Below are positions 1 through 10,680 of a stretch of DNA of 64,000 nt, piece after piece. Numbering within the stretch: the stretch's first letter is position 1; every line of letters starts with the position of its first letter. This DNA comes from Azolla caroliniana (lineage: Eukaryota > Plantae > Polypodiophyta): contig JBHGNT010000005.1 of the NCBI GenBank assembly GCA_043228905.1, positions 9,114,001 through 9,178,000 of the forward strand. Reading direction: 5' to 3'. The translations under genes and the position numbers were made by a program. The notes under the pieces were generated by a model. It saw only the letters and a program-made list of their open reading frames with translations, searched no databases and was not told the DNA's origin.

Positions 1-231
1 GCTGGCTCCTAAAGTTTCCTATCTATATGGGATACTTCAAAATTCTATTTTCCATATCTTCTCAAACTTCATGTCCACCTAACTTGATATGTAGTTGTCC
101 ATTTTATATGTAGTAAAATGCGTTTTGAAGCTCTTGAGTACATCCATATTTCTATAACAAGCCACTAATCTAATCTAAAATAATTATTTCATTATTATTA
201 TTTTACATAGTGTGTGAAGATTCACACGACA
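1..231 (-). mobile_element. Partial LTR (element runs off the left edge), diverged relative of the C-element LTR
   Basis: Ends ...TTCACACGACA (TGTCGTG on the minus strand). Alignable by eye to 6730-6985 and 44615-44870. Followed by ACGG at 232-235. Confidence 0.75.
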
Positions 232-332
232 ACGGTATACTCAAAATGTCCATAGCGAGTGCGAAAAGCAGTCTTCTTGAATCCAAACTAGATTATCTGC
301 ACCGTGAAGGTCGAACTTCGTGGAACATTTTG
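232..332 (-). pseudogene. Gypsy K reverse transcriptase fragment (continuation of 48907-49454)
   Basis: Minus strand reads TKFDLHGADNLV...KTAFRTRYGHFEYT. It joins ...LSGAK at 48907-48920 across TSD TTTTG. Confidence 0.85.
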
Positions 333-585
333 TGTTGGGAAATTGGTCCCTCCAAATGGGATCCAGCTATGAATGGAGAAGAACCAGTGAGAACCAGAAG
401 AGATCCGAAAACTGGATCGGTGGACCCGGTGAGAACCGGAAGTGAAGACAGATTTGTAAATATGTCTTGAATAAGCCCATTGAGGCTATATTTGTAAATA
501 GCCCTAAGTTCATTTAACTATAAATATGACTTAGGGCAATCACTTTAGGAGAGATTGTGTGCGTTGCATATTGTCGTAACTGTTG

Positions 586-633
<48 letters not shown>

Positions 634-884
634 CTATGAGCACTCTTTGTTGTAACCGCCGCAGCGAAGATTGAGAGCACGAGGTCGTTGCCTCTGTGCC
701 TCCACTTTGTATTTTCCTCTCTTCATAGTGATAGTTCGGAGTCTATGGGCTCCCGTGGTTTTTCCCTATTAGGGTTTTCCACATAAACATCTTGTGTCAT
801 TTTTCTGTGTACTCTCCTTCATTCCCATTTCTGTGATTCAAGACTCGGTTGTGGCCGAGCAATATTCCGCGCTAATCCGCTACA
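333..884 (+). repeat. Copia A 5' LTR, with (GA)n at 589-630
   Basis: TGTTGGGAAA...CTACA, direct repeat of 48389-48906. Confidence 0.93.
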
Positions 885-886
885 AC

Positions 887-898
887 TGGTATCAGAGC
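887..898 (+). promoter_or_regulatory. Copia A PBS (tRNA-iMet)
   Basis: TGGTATCAGAGC, 2 nt after the LTR. Confidence 0.92.
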
Positions 899-912
899 GA
901 ACAACACAAGAA

Positions 913-1350
913 ATGGAAGAATCGTTCGGCGGCATGTTCAAGATCCCCGGCTCCAACTACTCAGTGTGGAAGTCGAAGATGAGGGATATGCTAGTGGTCA
1001 AAGATCTTTGGTTGCTGGTCCAGTTCGGGGACAAGAGACCGAACAAGATCGATGCCACAATGTGGGAGGTGATGCACATGAAGACGACGGCATACATCTG
1101 GTGCTTCATAGACATGAGCTTGTACAACAACTTCAACGAAGAGAGCAAGGCTCATGAACTCTGGGAGAAGATCGACATTATGTTCCAAAACAAAAATGCC
1201 GTTAATCAGGTTTTGGTATTCCGGAAGCTAGTGAGGCTCCGGTACCAAGATGGCTCTAGTATGGCGGAGCACATGAATGCCTTCCAGGGATTGATCCACC
1301 GGGAAACCTCATTGGAAGTACGTCTTGCCGATGAGGTACTCACATTACTC
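913..1350 (+). pseudogene. gag: Copia A gag N-terminus (truncated)
   Basis: SNYSVWKSKMRDML...AHELWEKI...LVRLRY, a copia gag pattern. The ORF track's extension past 1350 is read-through into copia B. Confidence 0.85.
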
Positions 1351-1488
1351 CTGGATCCGGCTAACCGGCTCCCCAACTCACCAGCTCACTTGCTCACCGG
1401 CTCACCGATTCGGCTCATCCTTCCGGATGCCAATCCGACTCAGGCTTATTCAGTCGATCCGGATCCGGTTGAGCTTGCCACTTCAACA
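1351..1488 (-). repeat. Copia B 3' LTR remnant
   Basis: Matches 6110-6218 and starts TGTTGAAG on the minus strand right after the PPT. Confidence 0.85.
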
Positions 1489-1803
1489 CTCCCCCTCAAG
1501 CTCAACTTGAGGTTGGATCGTAGTGTCAGTCTCCATGGCAGCCGGTCCTTCCACTCGGCTCCTTCTGGCATCACTCCGCCTTGCTCGCGCTCCTCGTCCG
1601 GTTCGGTCCCGTTTGCCGCGACCCTTCGGATTCTAAGCACCTCGATCTCCTCGGTCGGCTTGTTTGCTCAACAGGCCCAATTTAGCTCCCCCGCTGCTGT
1701 GACTTTGGCGCTTGCCGATTCGTCGATTCCTTCGTGTTGGCGTCGACTTTCTCTACCTTCTCGTCCTCTTGGCCTTGAATTGATCTGATTCTTCCGAATC
1801 CGT

Positions 1804-4800
1804 CTATTGAATCGAATCGGCTGTCTCCGACTCGTTCCAGCTCTTGTCTAAATCGGTGTCTCCCGATTTGTCTTCCAGTTCCAGGCCCTTCACCACATCG
1901 GACCATGTCCGGGTCTTGGCCTTCTTCTTCCGGTCGGCTCTATCCTTCTTGACTCTACCGCCGTTGCCGCTTGTTCTGGCTTGTTCGGATGTGTCACCTT
2001 CCTTTGTCGACTCGGCTCCTTTCTTCTTCTTGTCTCTCCCCTCGTCGGTTCTTCCCTCACCGGCACAATCGACAGTCTCTTTGCCTTTGCCTGTTCCGGT
2101 GTCTTTGCCCGTTCTCCCCCTCAAGTGTGGCACATTGAGATGCTGAACACCAAGCATTTCGGTGAAGTGCTGCAACTTGTCCAATTCGAGCGGTTTGGTG
2201 AAGATGTCGGCAACTTGCCGATCCGTATGAACATACCGAAGTTTGACTTCACTGCTCAGGACACGCTCACGCACGAAGTGGTAGTGCACTTCTATGTGCT
2301 TTGTGTGAGCATGGAATATGAGGTTTTTGGCGAGCTGCATGCTGCTTATGTTGTCGTAGTAGATTAGGATCGGGGTCGGCACCTCGATCCGTACTTCTTG
2401 TAGCAGTCGCCGAAGCCAAATGGCTTCACAGGTGGCAACGATAGCACCCCGGTATTCAGCCTCAGTGCTCGAAAGGGCCACCGTTGGCTACTTTTTGTTG
2501 CTCCACGCAACAGCCGCGCTACCAAGGGAAAACATATAGCCAGAGGTGGATCGGCGATCCGATGCATCGCCAGCCTAGTCGGCATCGGTGTTGCCGATTA
2601 GCTCTTCGGTTATACCATGCCGGTATAACAGTCTCCGTTCCTTCGTGCCACTCACATATCGCAAAATTCGATGCGTGCACAGAAGGTGCTCCATGTTTGG
2701 CTTCTGTATATATTGGCTGATCATTCCAACCGGATAACTGATGTTGGGTCGGGTGATTGTCAAATATATGAGGCTTCTGACGATTTTTGGAACCGTTTCT
2801 CATCGCAGGCCGGTCTGGAGTCAGGACAGAGCTTCTGGTTCCGGTCTAGGGGTGTGGAGATCGATCGGCATTCCGTCATGCCGAACTCGTACAACATACT
2901 CAACACATAATGTCTTTGTGAGAGCAATATGCCGTTGGGGGTTCGGATCACCTCGACCCCAAGGAAATAGTGAAGGTCCCCCAGGTTCTTCATTTCAAAT
3001 GCGTTACAGCTGGGACTTGACTCGGTCGATTTCATCGAGTCCTGGCCCGGTGATGACTAGATCATCAACATACAACAATATGCAAACCAAACCATTTGGA
3101 CCTTGCCGGATGAACAACGAAGAGTCAGACTTGGAGGCCACAAACCCCATCTTACGCAATCAGTGGGTGATCTTCGCATTCCATGCTCGGGGGGCTTGCT
3201 TCAGGCCATAGAGTGACTTCTTCAGCCGACATACCGCCGACTTGTTCATCTCCGACTAGAAACCGGGGGGTTGGGTCATAAAGATCTCTTCTTCAAGATT
3301 GCCTTGAAGAAATGCATTCTTCACGTCCATCTGGTGAAGATGCCACCCCCTTGCCGCAGCAACCGCCAGCACCACACCAACCGTCGTCATCTTCGGTACC
3401 GGAGCGAAGGTCTCATCGTAGTCGATTCCATGGGTCTGCGCATATCCCTTCGCCACTAACTGGGCCTTGTACTGGTTAACCGAACTGTCGGCATTGTACT
3501 TTACCTTGTACACTCACTTCGTCTTCTAGCTGGACTGGTTCAGGCTCACTAGCCTCATCCTCCAGTATCGGGTCGGGGTCGGAAGTCGGAGCCGGTAAGG
3601 AGTACCATGATGCCGATTCATCGAACTCGACATCTCGGCTTACTCGGACCTGCTTCGTCCGAGGGTTATAACACTTGTACCCCTTTTGCTCATGCGAGTA
3701 ACCAACTAGGATGCATTTCTCCGACTTTGCATCCAACTTCCTCCGCTTCTCATTCGGCACATGCACATATGCAATGCTACCGAATATTCGAAGGTGTCTC
3801 AAATTTGGCTTGCGCCCAAAATACAACTCATGTGCTGACACCTTGTCACCGATCCGGTTTTGGATGTAGCCGACCATCCGGTTCGCCTCAGCCCAGTAGA
3901 AATGGGGCATGCTCTTCTCCTCCAGCATGGCCCTTGCCGCGTCGATAAGCGACTGGTTCCTCCTCTCGGCGACACCATTTTGCTCCGGTGTGTATCTGCA
4001 GCCGAACTCTCTCTGAATTCCTTTTTGCTGTAGATAACTGTTGAATTGACCGGAAAAATATTCTTTTCCGCCATCCGACCACAGGCACTTGATCTTCCTC
4101 TCCGTTTCCCGTTCAACTAGGCTCTGCAGGTTTCGGAAACACTCGAAGACTTCACTCTTCCGCTCAATGAGGTAGATCCATGTGTGCCGGTTGTAGTCGT
4201 CAATGAAGGAGATCAAATATCGACTCTCGCCAAGACTCATGTTCTGTGCCGGTCCCCATACATCCGAATGGATTAGATCGAGCTTGTTACAGCTCCGGTT
4301 TCGTTTGGTGGGGAATGGAAGCCGGTGTTGCTTCCCGAGTTGCCAGGCTTCACATACTTGGGCCTTCCAGCCACTAAACTTCGGCAAACCGAAAACAACT
4401 TGTTTCGTTTGCAAGTCTTGAAGCCTCTGGTAATTGACGTGGCCAATCCGCTTGTGCTAGAGATCGATATCTGATTCAATCTTCTGTCCTTTGACGAACA
4501 AAGAGGTGCTGACGTCATTGGTGTCGAGGATAAACATCCTCCCGTCTCTGCGCCCTTGCGCAATGATTTGGCCCTCTTCCTCGATGAAGCACCCGAGGTG
4601 CGTAAACTACACCTGCACGGTTTCGACGACTCCCGGTTGTTCCGGTTTCTCTGAGAAGGAGAACCACTCTTTGTGGCTTGTCATGTGATTCGACGCACCG
4701 GAATCAACGTACCACACTTCCTCCGATTTGGAAGTGGTCTTCTTCATTGAGTTAGCCTCGTGTTTCATGACCAAGGCTGGCCCTTTACCGACTTTTCCGG

Positions 4801-5712
4801 TTTTGGATCCTCCCGATCCTTCTACGTAGTGCGAGTATTGCCAGTTCTCTCTATCGGCCTTGCCGGATCCGGAATTGTTCGAATCGGTGTCTTCTTCCAA
4901 GACTCGCTTTCTATGTGGCCCTTTTTACCACAGTACCAGCATTCCGTGTCGGCCTTTGCTTGCCAGCCTCCGGCGCCGCATTGACTCCCCCTGCTTGTGG
5001 AGGGTCCGGAACTGCCGTCGGCACATTCTCTGTGCCTTCGGTCCTGCTCTTGCCGGCCGCCACCATTGCGAGCCGACCCGCATCGTCCACCACGCCCACG
5101 GGGCCGATCCGTCTCTGTGTACAACAGTTGGCTGTCGGGGGGTGCACTTGTTGACGCACCAGCGTGGTTCTCCTCTAAAGGGAGCATTGACTGTAAGTCG
5201 AAAAATGACGACGTATTCTCCCTTGTACATACCGCCGTTTTGAACGCTCTGAACTTAGACGCTAGGCCCCGAAGACAGATCTGTATAGTGACGTTGATAA
5301 AGGCAAGTGAGTCACAAATCTCTTTGATTCGGGCCGTGTAATCGGCTACCGACATGTCCTTCAGTCGGACATTGCTCAACTCCTGTTGGAGTTGTAGCTT
5401 TCAGGCCGTAGTGCTTGCCACGAAAACCTTCTTCAGATTTCCCCAAGCTTCTTTTGGTGTCTTGGCATCTTTGATAGGGCTCAGCAGCTGGTCTCCGACA
5501 CTGGACGCAAAGCAGTACATCACTCTGCTTGCCGCTTGTTCCCACATTGGGAAGTCCTTGTGTGCCACATCAGGTGCTGTGACGTTAGCTCTATCGACAT
5601 AGCTCTAGTAACCATGCCCAAGTAGGTACTAGTGCATCTTGTATGACCAAGATGCGTAATTGGATCTGTCGAGCTTCTCCACCGGGAGCGACCTAGCCAT
5701 TCCTCTGTCCAT
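1804..5712 (-). pseudogene. Copia B gag-pol (gag, CCHC, PR, IN, RT, RH) with stops, frameshifts and internal deletions
   Basis: [66 protein letters not shown]. Confidence 0.9.
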
Positions 5713-5804
5713 CACTTCTCTTTTTGTTCTTATTGGGTCTTAGGGTTTGTATTCAGATACTGATGTCGGCTGCAAAGGTTCTCAACCCTCACGCTCTGAT
5801 ACCA

Positions 5805-6218
5805 TGTGAAAGATTATGTGCGGAAGCGTCAAACAAACCGGCCTTGCCGGATAGCAATAGAGAGAGAGAGAGATTAAAACACAGAGTCTACGCGGGAGAG
5901 ACAGAGAGAGAGAAGAACAACTGAAAATTCTATTGCACAACAATAATAGTTCTCTGTACATAAAATGTGCTCAGCAACACTATTTATACAAGTCCTAAGA
6001 GGACTGATAGAAGTACCGCGTACATCAATGCTCACACGAGCGTCTAACACTAACTACGAGCCTATTAACTACCTATTAGTCTAGGCTACTACTAGGCTTC
6101 AAGTTACTGCTGGATCTGGCTAACCGGCTCCCCAACTCACCGGCTCATCCTTCTGGATGCCGATCCGGCTTAGGCTTATTCAACTGATCCGGATCTGGTT
6201 GAGGTTGCCGCTTCAACA
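5805..6218 (-). repeat. Copia B 5' LTR
   Basis: TG...CA ends, adjacent to the iMet PBS, inserted into the C LTR. Confidence 0.9.
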
Positions 6219-6985
6219 ACGCTCATGCATCACATGTCACTCAATGAAGCTCTAATAAGAGAATTTACATGCAAAGCTATAATGATAAAAATATAATCTC
6301 TAAAGAAATGATTTGGCTTAATGGTAAGTCTATTGCTTCTTATCTTGGAGGTGCAAAGTTTGAGTCTTGCTTACATCTTTTTCTTTTATGCACAAAATAC
6401 TATTAGGCTTTTGGACCAAATATATTTAAGACACCATGCACCGCGATCAACTGACCCGACCGACCCGACCGATCCGTCCGATTTGCATCCATTTGGTCCG
6501 GCTCAGTTCGCATCCTGAGTCGCTTGCCTGTCACCGGTTGCCGACTCACTAGCTCCGTCGCCGGTTGCCGCCGGTTTTGGTTGGCCAAAACCTTTACATG
6601 TAGCTAGGCCACACCCACTCATCCAATTAACTTAGTTCAAGTCACCTTGAACTCTCTATGCTCCACACATAAACACAAAGATAATAGCTTTTGCTCTGCC
6701 TTATATAAGGTGAGATCCTTATTTGTTATGTCTATGTGGGATATCTCACAGTTTTATCTTTCTCTTTTCCTTTGCAAACTTCCTACCCACATAACTTGAG
6801 ACTTAGATGTCCGTTTGTTATGTAGTAAAGTGCATTCGAAAGCTTTTGAAGACCTCCATCTTTTTGTACCGAGATATTAAACTTATCTAAAATAGTATTT
6901 TCACTATTTATTGTTTTATATGATTCATAGTCGATTTTGTATGTTTTATGCGATTTTCACACCATTACTGAAAATCTTCACGACA
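6219..6985 (-). repeat. C 3' LTR (distal part lost)
   Basis: Direct repeat of 44088-44870 with terminus TGTCGTGAAG. Confidence 0.88.
6313..6372 (+). promoter_or_regulatory. Degenerate tRNA-like Pol III A/B-box cassette in the C LTR (second copy ~44180-44240)
   Basis: TGGCTTAATGG (A box) ... GCAAAGTTTGAGTCTTGC (T-arm/B box). Confidence 0.55.
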
Positions 6986-7813
6986 TCCACCCCCACCAAA
7001 CCGCACGTCCTCCGGTACATGCCAAGAAGAGAGAATGTGAGATTTTGGCAATGGTGATCAGCAGGACTCCTCAATGTCGAGCATGTCTATTTCTTTGTAC
7101 TCGAATCATTGTTGCCACCCAATCCACCATATCATTCGTTTTTTCTTTGCTTTACCATGACTTGTTGTCATGGTCCCTTGCTCTCTTATTGAGGATAATC
7201 ATTTAAGTTTCATGAATGTTCCACATTTGTCTCGATCGTCTCCTTGCTCAAGGCACTTTGAATCGTTCATAGTAGTGTCTTTGATGGATGTTTCGATCAC
7301 ATCCTTCGGATCCTCATGGCTTGCTTCGCCATGCCCATCCCTTGTCTTATTTTGCTCAAAATTTTTGTTGCACACATTAGGTTTTACCCTTGCTTCCTCC
7401 CCATCACTATCCTTCTCTTGGGTCTTGAATCGGTTAATGCCCAAGTCTCTAGAACAAGTGTGGAGGGACCCATACATTTTCATTGTTTGCCTTTTTCGTG
7501 CTGAACTTAGCCATTTCCATCTTAAAGTTGCTCGAATCAGTATTGAGCTTTGCTTCCTCGCTACTAGCTTTCGTCTCTTGGGTCTTACATCGGTTAATGC
7601 CCAAGTTTCTAGAACTAGTGCGGGGAAAAGTTCTTCATGGCCATTCACCATCTTCGCCTTGACGTCATTTTCCATAGCTATTCCTTCAAACTCATGGGCC
7701 TCGTACCCATCGATCCTTTTTATTAAGCAATCCTTTATTATGCTTCTCTCTTTACCGCATGTATTAGTTTCGACCTTCGGTTCTTCGCCATCACCTCCCG
7801 TCTCTTGGGTCTT
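6986..7813 (-). pseudogene. C internal 3' region: degenerate tail of the gag-like ORF, 3' hairpin and PPT
   Basis: LETWA motif shared with 42701-43053 and the F ORF. PPT GGTGGGGGTGGA. Confidence 0.6.
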
Positions 7814-7891
7814 TGTTGTCCGCCGGAATAGTAACTAACGGACAAGAGCGTAGGAATACGGAATAGTATAATATTGTAATGCATGTAACGG

Positions 7892-8617
7892 TGTCGTAGT
7901 GTATTTTGTACACTACGTGAAAAACGTATATAGTATTAGATTCAATAAAAAATGAAGAAATAGAAGAAAATAGCAAAATAAATGGAACATGCATAGGGCA
8001 AGATTCGAACCTTGCACCTCCATGTTAATAATGTAATGTCTTACCATTACACTAGCATTTCATTAGTGTTAAAGCATAGATGTCCCACGTAGAAAGGTAA
8101 ATTCACGCTAGGATAAACATTAGAAAAACGCATAACAAAAGAAAAAGCTACACATACACATCTAGCATGCATGATAAAAAACGCACAAGTTAGAAAAAGC
8201 ATGATCACTTTAGATAAAGCATATAGTCTATCTATAGGAAAAGCATGGGGTCTATAGTTAGAGAAAAAGCATGGATTACTAAGACTTCCTCATCACTACA
8301 TAAGGATGGGAAGCACAATGTAATTGTGTGAAAAATATTTGGAAACTGGATATGTTTCTAAAAAACACCAATTAATAAACTATACTCGTGGGATTCACGA
8401 GAATTCTATATCATTCTCTTTCAACCGAAGTTTATATTCTTATATTCATATTGATTAATCTAATACAATACACTCGTGGGATTCACGAGTTTGCTATAAC
8501 TCTTTCTTACAACATATTTATATTCTTATTAGCCTTAAAACTCTCCTCTTCCTAGTCCAAAACCTCAGTGGTTCCCACCCGACTCACGCAAACGATCCGG
8601 AGCCGAAAGGCACGACA
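7892..8617 (+). repeat. F 5' LTR
   Basis: TGTCG...CGACA. Confidence 0.95.
7990..8060 (-). promoter_or_regulatory. tRNA-like Pol III A/B-box cassette in the F LTR (copy at 10737-10807)
   Basis: Minus strand: TAGTGTAATGG (A box) ... GCAAG-GTTCGAAT-CTTGC (T-arm/B box). Confidence 0.65.
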
Positions 8618-8621
8618 CAGT

Positions 8622-8639
8622 TGGTGAACCCGACGTGAA
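8622..8639 (+). promoter_or_regulatory. F PBS (tRNA-Trp)
   Basis: TGGTGAACCCGACGTGAA, complementary to the plant tRNA-Trp 3' end ...TTCACGTCGGGTTCACCA. Confidence 0.85.
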
Positions 8640-10680
8640 GGCGGGTGGCAAGGAGATGGAGAATCAACAAGAGGCGATGAACATGATGATGATAATGTTT
8701 GAGCGGATGCTACAAGAACAACGAGTGATGTCGGAGATCACAGGGGCAGTAAAGCGGCTCGTACAACGAAACGGACAATTCAACGGAAACGATGTGTCAC
8801 GCTATCTACGTGACTACAAGGCGGAGATGATACGATGTGGGATACCGGAAGGATTGCAAGTGACATCCTTCAATCGGGTGGCCACGGATGAGCTACAAGA
8901 GAGAATCCACAAGATACGGCAACAAAACTCGACATGGGGGTCATTCGAAGAAGCTTTACGAGAGTCATATGACTATGAGAGATGGACGGGACGAGATCGA
9001 CGAGAATTCGACGAATGGGTGGCGTCGGAGAAGACTCACCGAAGTGCAACGCAAGCGTTCCTAGAGTTCGAGCATCGTTTTGCTCGACTCTCGGAGCGGG
9101 AACGAAGATTGGTGGGAGAAGATAAAGTCTTAATGTTCGTAAGATCGATCGATCGGAAAGAAAGGATGGACATTGGGATCGAACTCGAAGATGATGACGG
9201 TGCGAACGGCCTTACCGAGGATTGGGCTAAAGTCGAAAGGGTATGCCGAAGACATGATGAAAGGAAGCTGAGAATCTCGTCAACAACGACATGGCCCATG
9301 AAGGATGGTCGATTGAGGAAAAACGATGAAGCCAATATGAAGGCCGAAATACAACATGATGGTACCACGGGAGAAAGAGTGGAACAAGACACCCACTCGT
9401 CTTGTGAAAGAACGATGGCGAAGGATAAGGCCGATAATTCAAGTGTAGAAGGAAATTTCGGGATACAAGTGCCCGAGACATCGGGTCAAAAAGGGGTAAG
9501 CATAATAGATGTTTGCATAATTGATGCAGATAAAGAGTGTGAAGCGGATGTGATTAAGGAGGTAGCCACAAAAGACGAAATCGAATCGGAGGTGGCTATG
9601 GACGAATCAATGGCGGATTGCCATATCGAGACTTCCCCACCACTGATTCCAGAGACTCCGGCGGTTGCGATCGAAAGGCAACGTGAGACCGAAGAGACGG
9701 AAGGTGGCGGAGAGAAAACGAATGTCGAAGCCGACGAATACGATGAAGAGATAGCCGAGAAGAATGCTAAGGGTGAAACTACGAAAGAAGGTAATATCGA
9801 GGATTCATGCCAACAATATCTAGAGACTTCGGCGGTTGTGTCCGAGAACCAACGTGAGACCGGAGAGACGGGAGATGGCGGCGAGGAAGGTAAAGTCGGA
9901 AGTCGGTTCGGATGGAAAATGATCCATCCGAAATTCCAATCTAAAAGAAAGTGCGACAATGCGGAGGTCGGGTCTACGACGGGAGAAGCGCGTAATACAG
10001 AGCACGCTCTACGGCGAATAAAGAAACGCGTGTTATGGCGAATAAAGAAGCACGCGCTACGGCGAGAAAAGAAGCATGCATTACAACCACACGAGGACCG
10101 AACAACGAGCACATATCGGAGGACCTACGTAGCGAACAACGGAAAGAAGTGCCGAAAGTCGAACCGGACAAGGCAGGTGAAAACGAAGAAAAGAAAGCAA
10201 ATCCAGACGAAAAGAAAAGAAAAGAAACCGACCCGAAAGAGCACTGAATCGGTAAAAACCGATCAACCGAGTCCGGATCGACCGAATACAAATCGGAAAG
10301 GAAGCCGAACTAAACGAAAGACGATCCGACGAGACCGAATCGGAAGTAAGCTAATCCGACTAAACCGAAAATCCGAAAAGAAGTCGAGATTGATGAAGAA
10401 AAGAAAGAGGGCAAGAAAAGATACTACCGCGGATGACAAGGACCAAGCGGGCCATGCAAAAAGCGAACGAAGACTATGGTGGATCGGATGTCGACAATGG
10501 TTCGGGTGGAAAGAATGGATGTGCTCAAAATGGAGAGACAAAGTTGACATAGCGGGACAAACGGAGGATGAAGGGGAGACAACGAGCATCGGCAACTTCG
10601 GCACATACCGGAGGATGTGCGGGTTTGGAGGGGGTGAGTGTCGTAGTGTATTTTGTACACTACGTGAAAAACGTATATAG
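8635..10680 (+). CDS. F single intact ORF: gag capsid-like N-terminus, acidic repeats, Lys/Arg-rich tail (ATG likely at 8656)
   Basis: 681-aa uninterrupted ORF. The N-terminal ~205 aa align with D-element gag (GQFNGNDVSRYL; FEHRFARLS; VLMFVRSID; GLTEDWAKV). No PR, RT or IN motifs. Confidence 0.85.
   Translation: MKAGGKEMENQQEAMNMMMIMFERMLQEQRVMSEITGAVKRLVQRNGQFNGNDVSRYLRDYKAEMIRCGIPEGLQVTSFNRVATDELQERIHKIRQQNSTWGSFEEALRESYDYERWTGRDRREFDEWVASEKTHRSATQAFLEFEHRFARLSERERRLVGEDKVLMFVRSIDRKERMDIGIELEDDDGANGLTEDWAKVERVCRRHDERKLRISSTTTWPMKDGRLRKNDEANMKAEIQHDGTTGERVEQDTHSSCERTMAKDKADNSSVEGNFGIQVPETSGQKGVSIIDVCIIDADKECEADVIKEVATKDEIESEVAMDESMADCHIETSPPLIPETPAVAIERQRETEETEGGGEKTNVEADEYDEEIAEKNAKGETTKEGNIEDSCQQYLETSAVVSENQRETGETGDGGEEGKVGSRFGWKMIHPKFQSKRKCDNAEVGSTTGEARNTEHALRRIKKRVLWRIKKHALRREKKHALQPHEDRTTSTYRRTYVANNGKKCRKSNRTRQVKTKKRKQIQTKRKEKKPTRKSTESVKTDQPSPDRPNTNRKGSRTKRKTIRRDRIGSKLIRLNRKSEKKSRLMKKRKRARKDTTADDKDQAGHAKSERRLWWIGCRQWFGWKEWMCSKWRDKVDIAGQTEDEGETTSIGNFGTYRRMCGFGGGECRSVFCTLREKRI

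Larger units (their letters stand above)
1351..6218 (-). mobile_element. Ty1/copia element B, degenerate, 3' LTR truncated
   Basis: 5' LTR 5805-6218, PBS at 5793-5804 (reverse complement of TGGTATCAGAGC), PPT at 1489-1500, 3' LTR remnant 1351-1488. Confidence 0.9.

Noticed and set aside
913-1788. 291-aa ORF as a novel gene
   Set aside because: It is a chimera of A gag reading through a deletion junction into the antisense strand of copia B.
7990-8060. Functional tRNA gene
   Set aside because: Only the A/B boxes and T stem are present, with no convincing acceptor or anticodon stem.
8635-8637. GTG start codons inside the Trp PBS for gag ORFs
   Set aside because: ORF-caller artefact; an in-frame ATG lies ~20-30 nt downstream in F and D1-D3.
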